Shown piece after piece: positions 26,813 to 36,681 of a stretch of 64,000 bases of DNA. The notes under the pieces are model-generated. The model had not been told where the DNA came from, searched no databases, and saw only the letters and a program-made list of their open reading frames with translations. Location of the stretch: contig CAVXAH010000001.1 of assembly GCA_963759775.1 (NCBI GenBank), positions 208,682 to 272,681 on the forward strand, given 5' to 3'. Position 1 is the stretch's first letter. The number at the start of each line of letters is the position of its first letter. A program made the translations under genes and the position numbers. This DNA comes from an uncultured bacterium. Its GTDB lineage: Bacteria; Patescibacteriota; Minisyncoccia; Phycocordibacterales; Phycocordibacteraceae.

Positions 26813-26848
26813 GAAAACAATACTACCATATATGGTAGTATTGTTTTC
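26813..26848. promoter_or_regulatory. 36-bp perfect palindrome abutting the yerC-like start codon (candidate operator / bidirectional extended -10 promoter)
   Basis: Sequence is GAAAACAATACTACCATATATGGTAGTATTGTTTTC. It reads TGgTAGTAT-N7-ATG(26849). The core AATACTACCATATATGGTAGTATT recurs at 27304-27345 and 50972-50995. Confidence 0.6.
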
Positions 26849-27280
26849 ATGAAAAAGAAAATAAATGACTTATCGGAAGCCGAACGCATCAAAACACTGG
26901 ACGCGCTCTACACCGCCGCAAGCAGTGTGCATACTCGTGCTGACATGAAAGCCTTCTTACGAGATCTGCTCACGGTGAGTGAGCGTGTGATGCTTGGGCG
27001 ACGTATTCTTATCGCACGCCTTTTGCTCCAAGGAGAGACGCGAGATGCTATACGCACGCGAACTGGTGCAGGGTACGCCACCATAGAGAGAGTGGGACAG
27101 TGGCTTGAAGACCAAATGCCTGGGTATGAGCAGGCTATTACGGGCATGGAGCGCGAATTTAAGACGCGGAGATTTTATATGCACTACAGCGCGCGCGAGG
27201 TATTGCGACGCCTTAAGAAACGCTACCCTCTCCACTTTCTGCTCTTCCCCGAACCATCTTCAAAAAAGAACCGCTCTTAA
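26849..27280 (+). CDS. TrpR-like YerC/YecD family DNA-binding protein
   Basis: LRDLLTVSERVMLGRRILIARLLLQGETRDAIRTRTGAGYATIERV matches the YerC/YecD Trp-repressor-like family. Confidence 0.75.
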   Translation: MKKKINDLSEAERIKTLDALYTAASSVHTRADMKAFLRDLLTVSERVMLGRRILIARLLLQGETRDAIRTRTGAGYATIERVGQWLEDQMPGYEQAITGMEREFKTRRFYMHYSAREVLRRLKKRYPLHFLLFPEPSSKKNRS

Positions 27281-27303
27281 TACGTCTACTCTACTCACTC
27301 CTA

Positions 27304-27345
27304 CAAAAGTAGAATACTACCATATATGGTAGTATTCTACTTTTG
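27304..27345. promoter_or_regulatory. 42-bp perfect palindrome between convergent yerC-like and secA genes (operator copy and/or terminator)
   Basis: Sequence is CAAAAGTAGAATACTACCATATATGGTAGTATTCTACTTTTG, with the same 24-bp core as at 26813-26848. Confidence 0.55.
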
Positions 27346-27388
27346 ATTTCTGACGCATTGGGCGTTGGGGACGCTCCGGGTTTACCCC

Positions 27389-29921
27389 TTAGGCTTGAGG
27401 ATTTCCGATCACTATCCATCCATCCTCTTCCACGAGCCGTTCTGCTTTTTTATATTTGAGAGTCTGTGTTTCCTCACCCTTCTTGATGATAACGACATCG
27501 TTCCTGCCGTAGGCCGAGGTTTTCACGAGCGGAGCTTGTGCACTTCCTTCTTCACTCCCCTGCGCTACAAGCCGTGCGCGAGTCTTTTCTTCTTCAGTGC
27601 GAATGCGGGCGTAGTCGGCGGGAGCAATATTTGGCACCGTGCGACACACCGCTTCTTTGATTGCGGTTTCAAGCGCGCGGTAGCGCGAAAGTCCTTCGCG
27701 TCGGTACTCGATCAGAGGATCTCTTTGTCCGTACGCACGAAGTGACACTGAGCGCCGAAGGTAATCCATAGTATCCAAATGCTCCAACCAGAAAGTGTCG
27801 GTTGCCTGGAGCAGAAGCCGGCGCAAGAGCGCAATAAGTGATTCTGCACCGTATTCTTTTTTCTTCGCTTCAAGTGCTGTCTCGCCGCGTCATCTCCCTC
27901 GACGAGGTCACGAATGATGCTTCTCGACTTCTTGCGCAGAGCCCATGAGGGCGGCGCGACGGCGTGCGTATATAGCAAGACGCTGGGTGTTCATCACATC
28001 GTCGTAGGCAAGCACTTGTTTGCGTGAGTCAAAGTTGAACCCTTCTATGCGCGTTTGCGCCGTCTCAAGGGACTTCGTAATCATGGAGCTCTCTATGGCT
28101 TCGTCTTCGGGAATGCCAAACGTTACCCATCACTTTCTTCAAGGTCTCCGACGCAAAAACGCGCATGAGTTTGTCTTCAAGCGACACATAGAACCTCGTT
28201 TCGCCCGGGTCGCCCTGACGGCCGGAACGACCGCGCAGCTGGTTATCAATACGACGCGCGTCGTGACGCTCGGTACCAATAATCGCAAGACCACCCGCGG
28301 CGAGAACCTCATCGCGCTCTGCTGGGTCGGTCGGCATGCCACCGAGCTTAATGTCAACACCTCGACCTGCGAGGTTTGTTGCTACCGTCACACGACCTTT
28401 GTGTCCCGCCTGCGCGATGATTTCTCCTTCGCGCTCGTGGTTTTTTGCGTTCAAGACTTCGTGCGGCACGCCGGCATCCCGCAGATACGAGCTCACCACC
28501 TCGTTGTCTTCAATAGAAACGGTACCCACCAAGACCGGCTGACCTTTCTCGTGCCGCGCCTTCACGTCGCGCGCAACTGCTTTGTATTTGCCGGCGGCTG
28601 TTTGGAAAATAAGGTCGTCAAAGTCCTTACGTGCGATTGGCTTGTGGGTTGGCACGACTACCACCTCAAGTCCGTACACCGTATAAAACTCTTCCTCCGA
28701 GCTAAGCGCGGTGCCTGTCATGCCCGCAAGTTTTGTGTACATGCGGAAATAATTTTGGAAGGTAACGGTTGCGTAGGTACGCGTCTCTGCTTTCACCGCG
28801 ACTCCCTCTCTCGCTTCAATAGCCTGATGCAGGCCGTCTGACCATCTTCGCCCTGGCTGCATGCGTCCGGTGAATTCATCCACAATCACAATCTCGCCGT
28901 CCCGCACGACGTACTCTTTGTCTTTACGGAAAAGTGCTTTCGCGCGCACCGCTGTCTCTAGGTGATGCGCGTACTTCATGCCGCCCTCGGTATAGATATT
29001 CTCCATGCCGAGCGCCTCTTCTGCCTTTTTGATGCCTGCATCCGTGAGTTGTATCGCCTTTTGCTTCTCATCCACACTGTAGTCTTCCCCTTCCTTGAAG
29101 CTCTCGGTAATCAATGCGAAACGTTCGTAGAATTTTTCGGAATCGCCCGCGGGGCCAGAAATGATGAGCGGGGTCCGCGCTTCGTCTATTAAAATGGAGT
29201 CGATTTCGTCGACTATGGCAAACGCATGCTCGCGCTGGTTTATCTGCGATGCGTCGTACGCGGTGTTGTCTCGCAAGTAGTCAAAACCGAGTTCGTTGTT
29301 GGTTGCGTAGGTAATGTCTGCTCCATAAGCTTCTTTTTTTGTCGCCGGTCGCAGATAGTCGTAAAATACGCGGAACGAGCCCTGCTCGTCACGCTCTGCA
29401 TCCTCGGCTTTCCGCACGTGTGATGCGTCGTATACATAGGAACCCGAAGAGGTGATGACGCCAACAGAAAGTCCGAGTGCCGCGTACACCTGTCCCATCC
29501 ACGCGCCGTCGCGGCGCGCGAGGTAGTCGTTTACCGTCACAATATGAACGCCCTTCCCCACAACCGCGGCGGCTGTTGCTGGAAGTGTAGCAACGAGCGT
29601 CTTTCCCTCTCCGGTTCGCATCTCGGCTATTTTGCCGCGAAGCAGAGCGAGCCCTCCCATGAGCTGTACGTCGTAGTGGCGTTCATTTAAAGTGCGGCGG
29701 GCGGCTTCACGCACGAGCGCAAAGACAAGTGGTACATCAGCGTCATGAACACCCTTCGAGGAACGCGTTCGCAGATCAGCTATTTTTTCCTTAAGCTCGT
29801 CATCGGTGAGTGCTTCCGCGAACCCCGCGAGAGCGTTTACGGAAGACACGACCTCGGCCGCGGACTTCAAAAAAGCCGCGGATTGGTTCTTAGAAAACAG
29901 CTTAGAGAGGAAACTCGCCAT
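27389..29921 (-). CDS. secA: preprotein translocase ATPase SecA (reading frame broken at least three times between approx 27880 and 28135)
   Basis: [14 protein letters not shown] and [14 protein letters not shown] motifs in ORF 28065..29921. Homologous sequence ([24 protein letters not shown].., [10 protein letters not shown]..) continues in other frames. It ends in ORF 27389..27826 ([13 protein letters not shown]). Confidence 0.85.
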
Positions 29922-29949
29922 CGCTTGGGCACTATAGCATTTTCAGGAT

Positions 29950-30245
29950 TTTGAGGCATCGTGAGATGCCCTGCTCGACACGTGCCTCCTCGGGTACGCG
30001 TCGCCGCCCCAGCCGGTCGGCGCGCTCACAGCGGCGAAGTGAGGTAATTTGTTCAACACCAGGTGTTGAACAAATTCGCCGAACGAGCACGGTGTATGCC
30101 TACATACGCTCGTACACGTAACCGACTCGAAGACTCGTCGGACCAGTGCTTGCGTGTCGCTCGGACGCGACACGTTTCGGTTGAGACAACCGAAACGCTC
30201 CCTGTGCGAGTCCTTGCGGGACACGTGTGCTCGCAATGCTACAAA
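29950..30245 (-). repeat. structured intergenic repeat, family B, copy 1 (upstream of secA)
   Basis: It shares these modules with 47863-48006: GGTACRCGTCGCCGCCCC, CGCTCGTACRCGYAACCGACTCRAAGACTCGTCGGACC, and TTTCGGTT-loop-AACCGAAA followed by CGCTCCCTGTGCGAG. It has extra hairpins, including GTGTATGCCTACATAC. Confidence 0.55.
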
Positions 30246-30277
30246 AAACACCTCCCACTTTCGCGGGAGGTGTTTTG
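30243..30277 (-). terminator. intrinsic terminator (bidirectional hairpin)
   Basis: ACACCTCCC-N8-GGGAGGTGT flanked by an A-run and a T-run. On the minus strand it is followed by TTTTTTG, directly after the 28-codon ORF. Confidence 0.65.
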
Positions 30278-30288
30278 TGAAAACTGAA

Positions 30289-30375
30289 CTAACGACGCTT
30301 TTTTCCTTTCTTCGTCTTCTTTGCTTTCTTCGTGGTCTTCTTTGCCTTCTTCATCTTTTTCATTTTCTTTGCCAT
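30289..30375 (-). CDS. 28-aa lysine-rich basic peptide (not in the ORF track)
   Basis: ATG 30373-30375 to TAG 30289-30291 encodes MAKKMKKMKKAKKTTKKAKKTKKGKKRR. CATAAT lies 13 nt upstream and a terminator immediately downstream. Confidence 0.35.
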   Translation of the reverse strand: MAKKMKKMKKAKKTTKKAKKTKKGKKRR

Positions 30376-30541
30376 GATAGTAGGTTGATTATGGCTGATA
30401 AGTAGAGCTGATAGATCCGCTCGCGCAAAAATGTTGCGTAAACGTTTCTATAAATAAGTATGAACCCATTATGGAAAATGTGTGTGCGCCAAACACAAAA
30501 TGTGTGGATAACTTTCTTGTCGTGTGAATTTTAAAAAATCT

Positions 30542-31570
30542 CTAAAGATTTTTTCTTGCACCAAATGTTTCCACTTCTCGTTCAATAACGATGTTGGTTG
30601 CGTCGAATACTCGTTTCGCAACTTCTTTTGCGAGCTCATCTACGTCTGCTGACGTTGCGCCTCTTTCTGCGACAATAACCAGCGGCTGGCGTTCAAACAG
30701 CCGTACGGGTCCCTTTGTAAAACCACGAAGGTGAAGTGCGTGGTCAAGAACCCACGCGAGAGCAATCTTCACACGGCCGTCTTGTTGTGGAAATTGTCGA
30801 AGATCAGGAAACTGATTTGTGAGTCGGAGTGCCTGCTCTTTCGTGATGAGGGGGTTTTTGAAAAATGAACCTGCCGTACCGGTCATAGAAATATCTGGAA
30901 ACTTCCTCGCCCGAATGGCACGAACGGTCTGGGCGATATCATACGGAGTCTCAAGCGCTTCGTCGCGTTCTTTCGCCAAAACAAGGTCGGGGTACGAAAG
31001 CTTTGGTGTTGCCGTACGTGACAGTATGAGCCCCACACGCGTGATAATAAGTTCGGGATGTTTTTTAAAAATGCTATCCCGATACCCAAACGCACATTCT
31101 TCCTTTGCAATGCGTCGCTCCTCGCCCGTCTTTGCATTGATGGTATCGGCAAAAACAAATATCTCGCTGAGCTCTGTACCGTACGCACCAATGTTTTGCA
31201 CGGTAGCTCCCCCCATGGTCCCCGGTATACCCGCGAGATTTTCAATTCCCCACAACCCTCGACCTGCTGCCTCTTTAACCACAAGGTCCCACGGTTGGCC
31301 ACTTCCCACCAAAAGTTCAACGTGAGTCTCCCTTTCTTTCCATACCACACCCCCTATTTCAATTTTAAGTACAAGCCCGTGAACCCCCTTGTCCGGTACT
31401 AAAATGTTTGCCCCGCCACCAAGTGGTAGAAGCGGAATGGTGTGGCTCTGTACAAAAGAAATTGCATGGTGAATATCTTCTTCCGTCTTTGCTTCTTTAA
31501 AGAATTGCGCAGGACCTCCAATCCGAAAGGTCGTGTACGGCGCAAGGAGAACGTCTTCCGGTGAGGTCAT
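30542..31570 (-). CDS. murB: UDP-N-acetylenolpyruvoylglucosamine reductase
   Basis: LAPYTTFRIGGPAQFF and GGGANILV, the MurB FAD-binding pattern. Confidence 0.85.
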   Translation of the reverse strand: MTSPEDVLLAPYTTFRIGGPAQFFKEAKTEEDIHHAISFVQSHTIPLLPLGGGANILVPDKGVHGLVLKIEIGGVVWKERETHVELLVGSGQPWDLVVKEAAGRGLWGIENLAGIPGTMGGATVQNIGAYGTELSEIFVFADTINAKTGEERRIAKEECAFGYRDSIFKKHPELIITRVGLILSRTATPKLSYPDLVLAKERDEALETPYDIAQTVRAIRARKFPDISMTGTAGSFFKNPLITKEQALRLTNQFPDLRQFPQQDGRVKIALAWVLDHALHLRGFTKGPVRLFERQPLVIVAERGATSADVDELAKEVAKRVFDATNIVIEREVETFGARKNL

Positions 31571-33753
31571 TGTGGCAAAGGAGCCTTTGAGAGAGTTGAG
31601 ATTGCCGCTCGACCTTCTTCTGCTGATTCAGGAAAAACTAATATTGCCTCTTCTACCGTTGCAATCGCCTTTGCTCGATTGCCCGCAAAGAAATATGAGC
31701 GCGCTAACTCAAACCAGGTGGCGAGCGTCGCGTCGGGCTTATTTACTCTAAGTCGCCAAAGCGCAGTGAGCTCGTTGTATGCCTTCGTCTCGTGGTACGC
31801 AAACGCAAGGATGTCGCTGTCAACTGTCGTCGTGCCGAAAGCGCCGAGAAGAATGTTTGTGGCGCGTGCACGGTCGCCCGCCACCATATTTCCTGCCGCC
31901 GCATAAAGGGCGAGATCAGGAAATTGCGGTGCGAGCGCATAGGCCTTCTCAAAATCTTCTTTTGCGCCTTGGGTATCGCCAAGAGCAAGCTTTACGCTTG
32001 CGGATTGTATGAGAATCTGTGGCTTTCTCGGAGATGCCGCTTTGGCACCCTCAACCGCCTGAAGCATACCTGCAATGTCTCCGTTCAAGCGGTATGCCGC
32101 GGAAAGCTGAAGGAGCGTGCGTGCGTCTCCCGGGTGTTCGGCGTTTTGTTTCTGCATCTCGGAGAGTGCCAAGGCCGCGAATTGTTTTTTCAAGCCTTCC
32201 TCGCTTTCTTGGTCTGCTACCACACCACTCGCATAAGAAATTAATTGCTCCCGAACCTCCTGGAGAGTAACCGGTCGTCTTGTGGTGAGGTCAAGAAACG
32301 CGGTAAAATTTCCTTCCCTTCCCCCTGCGGAGGGCGATATGGCGACGATGAGATCTTTCGCAGCTCTCATTCCCGGCACGTTTATGGTGTACACCAAGAC
32401 ACAGGCTACCGCGACCGCAATAGCAAATGAGACTGACGTATTTTGCGTTTCTATTGTTCGCATACGTTCAAGAGTGGGTATTGGTCGCCCTACCTGGCTA
32501 TCAATAAACGCGAGGATGGCGAAGAAGTATATAGATGAGTAGATATTGTCAAAGACAAAGAAGTTGTGGGTGGCATATCCTGCAAGAGCGGCGGTCAGCG
32601 CAATACGCTCAGCACGGGAAAGTGTTGAGTTTCTCCATAGAGAAACTATGGCGAGTCCAAAGAAAGAAAGATAGAGAAGGAATGCGGGTAGTCCTCCCGC
32701 CATAAGCCAGTCTATAAAAGCGTTGTGCGCGCGATCAAACCACGGCTCCTGTGCATAGAGCGATGGCTCGTAGTGTTTGTTGAAAACATAATTGAAGCCT
32801 TCCTGTCCCCAGCCAAGCACCGGACGCTCTTTAAACCCTTCCCATGCCATGCTCCAAATAGTGAAGCGTACCTCTCCATCGGCAAGAGAAATGGAAGTCA
32901 TTCTTTGCAGAGTGCTGTTTCCCTCTACAAAGGAAGAGTTGCGCGCAAGGTACAAGCTTCCCGTAAGGAGCAGGAGGACAGCGAGCGCCCATAAGGCGAT
33001 ACGACGCGCGTGGCCGCTTCCCGTCAGCGCCGTAAGAAGTGCGGCGAGCGAGAGCGCTCCGACAAGCCCGAGAATCGTTCCGCGTGTCTCCGTGAAAAAA
33101 ATGAGGACTGCTTGCGTGGAAGCAAGGACAAGCAAGATGTACTTGAGCCACACACGTCTCTCCGTGAGCGCAAGCCAACCAGCAATAAAAGTATTGAGGA
33201 GAAGGTATACGGCGAAATATGCGGAGTTCCCGAGAGAAGAGTCAATGCGTGTTGAGCCTTGGTGTATAGCGGCAAGCCCCACAAGTTGTAAAAGCGCATG
33301 GAAAACAAGGAGCATCGAGACGCCAAGCGTCATGAGGAACCATGCGCGCCATTTCTCTTCAACCCGAAGCACGGCTGATGCGGCTACAAAAAACCCAAAA
33401 AGATGCGCCAGAAAAACAAAGCCCTCCATACGCTCAAAGTTGCTCCAAAATGCTTTGAGCGCGTTCGGTGCAAAGGAGTCAGCGATGAACATCCACAAAG
33501 TGAGCGCAAGCACTGCAGCACCGAGCCATGAAAAACGCGGGCGGTATTCTTTGTCCATCACCGCAAGCACCACCCACGCACACACTGCAATCTCAACGAG
33601 AATGCGGAAAAAAAATGCCTTGCCGGTTATAAACGGAAAAAAGTACGAATTTGCAACGATGAGCGGAGTGAGCGGTATGAGAAAAAGCGCCCCAAGCGCT
33701 ACCCATCTGGCGATTTGCTTTGCTGCTTCCCCGGAGTGCATGTTGGAGGACAT
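31567..33753 (-). CDS. O-antigen ligase/polymerase-like membrane protein with C-terminal TPR repeats
   Basis: About 12 hydrophobic segments with a Wzy_C-like region, then TPR-like repeats (YRLNGDIAGMLQAVEGA.., ALGDTQGAKEDFEKAYALAP). Confidence 0.65.
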   Translation of the reverse strand: MSSNMHSGEAAKQIARWVALGALFLIPLTPLIVANSYFFPFITGKAFFFRILVEIAVCAWVVLAVMDKEYRPRFSWLGAAVLALTLWMFIADSFAPNALKAFWSNFERMEGFVFLAHLFGFFVAASAVLRVEEKWRAWFLMTLGVSMLLVFHALLQLVGLAAIHQGSTRIDSSLGNSAYFAVYLLLNTFIAGWLALTERRVWLKYILLVLASTQAVLIFFTETRGTILGLVGALSLAALLTALTGSGHARRIALWALAVLLLLTGSLYLARNSSFVEGNSTLQRMTSISLADGEVRFTIWSMAWEGFKERPVLGWGQEGFNYVFNKHYEPSLYAQEPWFDRAHNAFIDWLMAGGLPAFLLYLSFFGLAIVSLWRNSTLSRAERIALTAALAGYATHNFFVFDNIYSSIYFFAILAFIDSQVGRPIPTLERMRTIETQNTSVSFAIAVAVACVLVYTINVPGMRAAKDLIVAISPSAGGREGNFTAFLDLTTRRPVTLQEVREQLISYASGVVADQESEEGLKKQFAALALSEMQKQNAEHPGDARTLLQLSAAYRLNGDIAGMLQAVEGAKAASPRKPQILIQSASVKLALGDTQGAKEDFEKAYALAPQFPDLALYAAAGNMVAGDRARATNILLGAFGTTTVDSDILAFAYHETKAYNELTALWRLRVNKPDATLATWFELARSYFFAGNRAKAIATVEEAILVFPESAEEGRAAISTLSKAPLPQ

Positions 33754-33824
33754 TGTAGCATTGAGGTATACGAAACTTGGGCGCTGGCTCGCGCCGTTCT
33801 AAGTGATACGATAGATTTACCTTC

Positions 33825-34571
33825 ATGAAACTGACCCTCTCCATAAAAGAAGCTCTGAAAAAGAGGTTGCACAAAGAGGGCGCATTATATGCTCTCTTGG
33901 CAAAGTTGAGGCGGCGACCGCTTCCAGAGTTCTTCCATTCAGGTTTCCATGGAGACCACTATCTCATTGCGATTGCTGACGCACTTCTTAATCGTGTTGA
34001 TCAATTTATCGAGACCGGGTCAAGCACTGGCTCTACCATCGTGTTTGTCGCAGAGAAATTTCCTTCCCTTCCATTGTGGGGTTGCGAGCCGGACAAAAAT
34101 GCATTCTCATTTGCTCGAACGAAGACAGGAAAATATCCAAATATTCATTTAATTAAAAAGGTTTCCCCAGACTTCTTATATGACATCGCGAAAGAGAACC
34201 GTGGCCTGACCGCACAAGATACTCTTTTCTGGTTGGATGCGCATGCGAATGGCTTTTCGTGGCCATTGAAGAAAGAGATAGCGTTTATTACCTCTCATTT
34301 TGAGAAAGCCTATATTCTGATTGACGATTTTCTCGTTCCTGGAAGGCCGTGGTTTGGTTATGACGCTTATGACGGACAGGTGTGCTCCATGGATTTCATA
34401 CGTGACTCGCTCGACAAAAAGCAATCCTACACCGTGTATTATCCAACGTATCGTGATCAGACTTCTGCATTTTGCAAATTGCGTGGGTGGGTACTCATAG
34501 AATTCGGCCATGGGGAGCCTCTTCCTGCATTGCTTTTAGATAAAGTTGAAAAATCCCCTCATGTCAATTAG
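33825..34571 (+). CDS. hypothetical protein, possible SAM-dependent methyltransferase fold
   Basis: The FIETGSSTGSTIVFVAEKF glycine-rich loop resembles class I methyltransferases. Weak call. Confidence 0.35.
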   Translation: MKLTLSIKEALKKRLHKEGALYALLAKLRRRPLPEFFHSGFHGDHYLIAIADALLNRVDQFIETGSSTGSTIVFVAEKFPSLPLWGCEPDKNAFSFARTKTGKYPNIHLIKKVSPDFLYDIAKENRGLTAQDTLFWLDAHANGFSWPLKKEIAFITSHFEKAYILIDDFLVPGRPWFGYDAYDGQVCSMDFIRDSLDKKQSYTVYYPTYRDQTSAFCKLRGWVLIEFGHGEPLPALLLDKVEKSPHVN

Positions 34572-35874
34572 AGAACACATTTATTCTTTGCTTCGGAAAT
34601 CAGAGCAGTACCTGAAAACCGACATGGTGTACCTGACTCACGGAGGTTTTTGGCTTACTCTTTGGCAGACAAGCACCGCGCTTTCTTCTCTGGCTATTGC
34701 TGTTGCATTTGCCTATCTGCTTCCCAAAGAGGTTTTTGGAAATTATAAATATATTCTTTCCCTAGCGGCTATAGCTGGATCACTCTCTCTCACGGGTCTC
34801 GGTGGAGCCGTGACACAGGCCGTTGCTCAGGGGTTTGAACAAACGCTCAGTGCCGCTTTCCGCGCCAATTTTCGTTGGGGTATGTTCGTCACTGCTACTT
34901 CATGGGTAATGGCAGCGTATTATTTTATTAATGAGAACAATACAATTGCTACTGCCCTCTTTTTTATAGGAATCATTCTCCCTTTTCTTAATAATTTCCT
35001 TTTATACGGAGCCTTTCTTAGTGGAAAAAAATACTTTAAAGAAAATGCTCTCAAAGGAATTGTTCTTGGTATTGTCCCGGCAGTAGCCGTTATTAGTACT
35101 TTCTTTATCACGAACAACGCGGCCTTCCTCGCTATTATATTTCTCTTTTCAAGTGCGGTGGTTGCAGGTTTATTTTATTTTCTTACCGTACGTACTCATC
35201 GGCCTGTGGGTGGAGTAAGCCTAAAAGCGCTTTCCTATGGAAAACATGCAAGTGTTATGGGAGTAGTGGGAGTTGTTGCTGTTCAAATAGAAAGCGTACT
35301 TATTTTTCATTATCTTGGAGCTGCGGAACTCGCTGCGTACGCTCTTGCCCTCGCTTTTCCACAACATATCTGGAATTTGTTTCGAAATGTTTCAACTCTG
35401 GCTCTTCCAAAATTCTCTGAGAAAAGCTTCGTGGGTGTGAAGTTTCCTCTTACACGTAAAATATTTACCCTCTCACTCGCCGCCGGGATAATTACGGCCT
35501 TATATGTCTTTCTAGCGCCGCTTCTTTTTGAGATTCTTTTCCCCCAATATACGGAGTCAGTTCTCCTTTCACAAGTCCTTTCGATATCCCTCCTTGGCAT
35601 AGCAAGCGTCATACCTCTTACCGCACTACAGGCATCGCTCAAGAAAAAAAGAATGTATGCGTATACATTCGTGAGTAACGTATTCCATATTGTCGTTGCT
35701 TTGATATCAATTCCTATTTGGGGATTGTGGGGTGCAGTCGCAGCATATATTGCAGCGCGCTTGTTTTCTCTCGCACTCTCAATCTTTCTTACCAGGACTA
35801 TCGAAACGGGAGACAAATTTGACGATTCTTCTAAAAATACGGAAGATGAGATACCGAAACCAATGATGGGATGA
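34546..35874 (+). CDS. polysaccharide flippase (Wzx/MOP-like, multi-TM)
   Basis: 442 aa with about 12 TM segments, in a polysaccharide cluster context. Confidence 0.6.
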   Translation: MKNPLMSIREHIYSLLRKSEQYLKTDMVYLTHGGFWLTLWQTSTALSSLAIAVAFAYLLPKEVFGNYKYILSLAAIAGSLSLTGLGGAVTQAVAQGFEQTLSAAFRANFRWGMFVTATSWVMAAYYFINENNTIATALFFIGIILPFLNNFLLYGAFLSGKKYFKENALKGIVLGIVPAVAVISTFFITNNAAFLAIIFLFSSAVVAGLFYFLTVRTHRPVGGVSLKALSYGKHASVMGVVGVVAVQIESVLIFHYLGAAELAAYALALAFPQHIWNLFRNVSTLALPKFSEKSFVGVKFPLTRKIFTLSLAAGIITALYVFLAPLLFEILFPQYTESVLLSQVLSISLLGIASVIPLTALQASLKKKRMYAYTFVSNVFHIVVALISIPIWGLWGAVAAYIAARLFSLALSIFLTRTIETGDKFDDSSKNTEDEIPKPMMG

Positions 35875-36681
35875 GTATGGGAAAATCCTAAGAAATTTAG
35901 GAAGTGGTTGTATAGCGTGTCTTAACGGAATATCGTGCCACAGAAGACGATCACATCCGTCTATGACGAGAGTTCCGTCATACAGTTGAAATACTCGTGT
36001 TTGATATTTCTTCCCGTCAAAGAGCGAGTGGATTTGGTTATCTTTCAAGCCAAAAACCGAAAAAAATTCTTCCCTTACAAAAAATCCATTGAGTCGTGTC
36101 GCGGCGATAAGCTCATATCCCTTTCTCTTGCCAAGTTCCGTCAACGCGCGGAGAGATGATCCTTGGCTGATTTTCATATCTTTTTCTTGAATAAATATAA
36201 TATCGTCAGGAATGGAGGGGTTAAACTCAATCACCACGACGTGTGGTTTATAGGTGCTTATTGAATTCCAAATATGGTAATCATTCCCATCGACATCTAC
36301 CGACAAGAGATCAAAATCTTTAGGAATACGGGTTTTCGCTAATATTTCGTCCAGTGTATTTTCTCCCTCGAAAGAAACCATCGCATGCACGCTTGTAACC
36401 TTTGGATTATTCGTATATGTCTTTTGTAAAGACGCGTGTCTATTTTTGTCGCCTTCGATGAGAACACTGGACCATCCTTTGTTAAGAATGAGATTCCTTG
36501 TATTGCTAAAATGTATACCGTCCCAGGCACCAATTTCCACACACCATTTCTCTTCTTTGGTAGGTAACATTTGAAAGATTTTATCAATGATTCCATCTTC
36601 CCCTGTTTGAGAAAACGTGTTTTCTCCAAATGTTTGCAGCTGGAAATGTGTGGTATCAGTCTCTGTTTTTCCGTTAGTCAT
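35779..36681 (-). CDS. methyltransferase-like protein (FkbM-like)
   Basis: CVEIGAWDGIHFSNTRNL..VLIEGD motif. Start taken at ATG 36679-36681, which forms an ATGA overlap with the upstream stop. Confidence 0.45.
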   Translation of the reverse strand: MTNGKTETDTTHFQLQTFGENTFSQTGEDGIIDKIFQMLPTKEEKWCVEIGAWDGIHFSNTRNLILNKGWSSVLIEGDKNRHASLQKTYTNNPKVTSVHAMVSFEGENTLDEILAKTRIPKDFDLLSVDVDGNDYHIWNSISTYKPHVVVIEFNPSIPDDIIFIQEKDMKISQGSSLRALTELGKRKGYELIAATRLNGFFVREEFFSVFGLKDNQIHSLFDGKKYQTRVFQLYDGTLVIDGCDRLLWHDIPLRHAIQPLPKFLRIFPYSSHHWFRYLIFRIFRRIVKFVSRFDSPGKKD

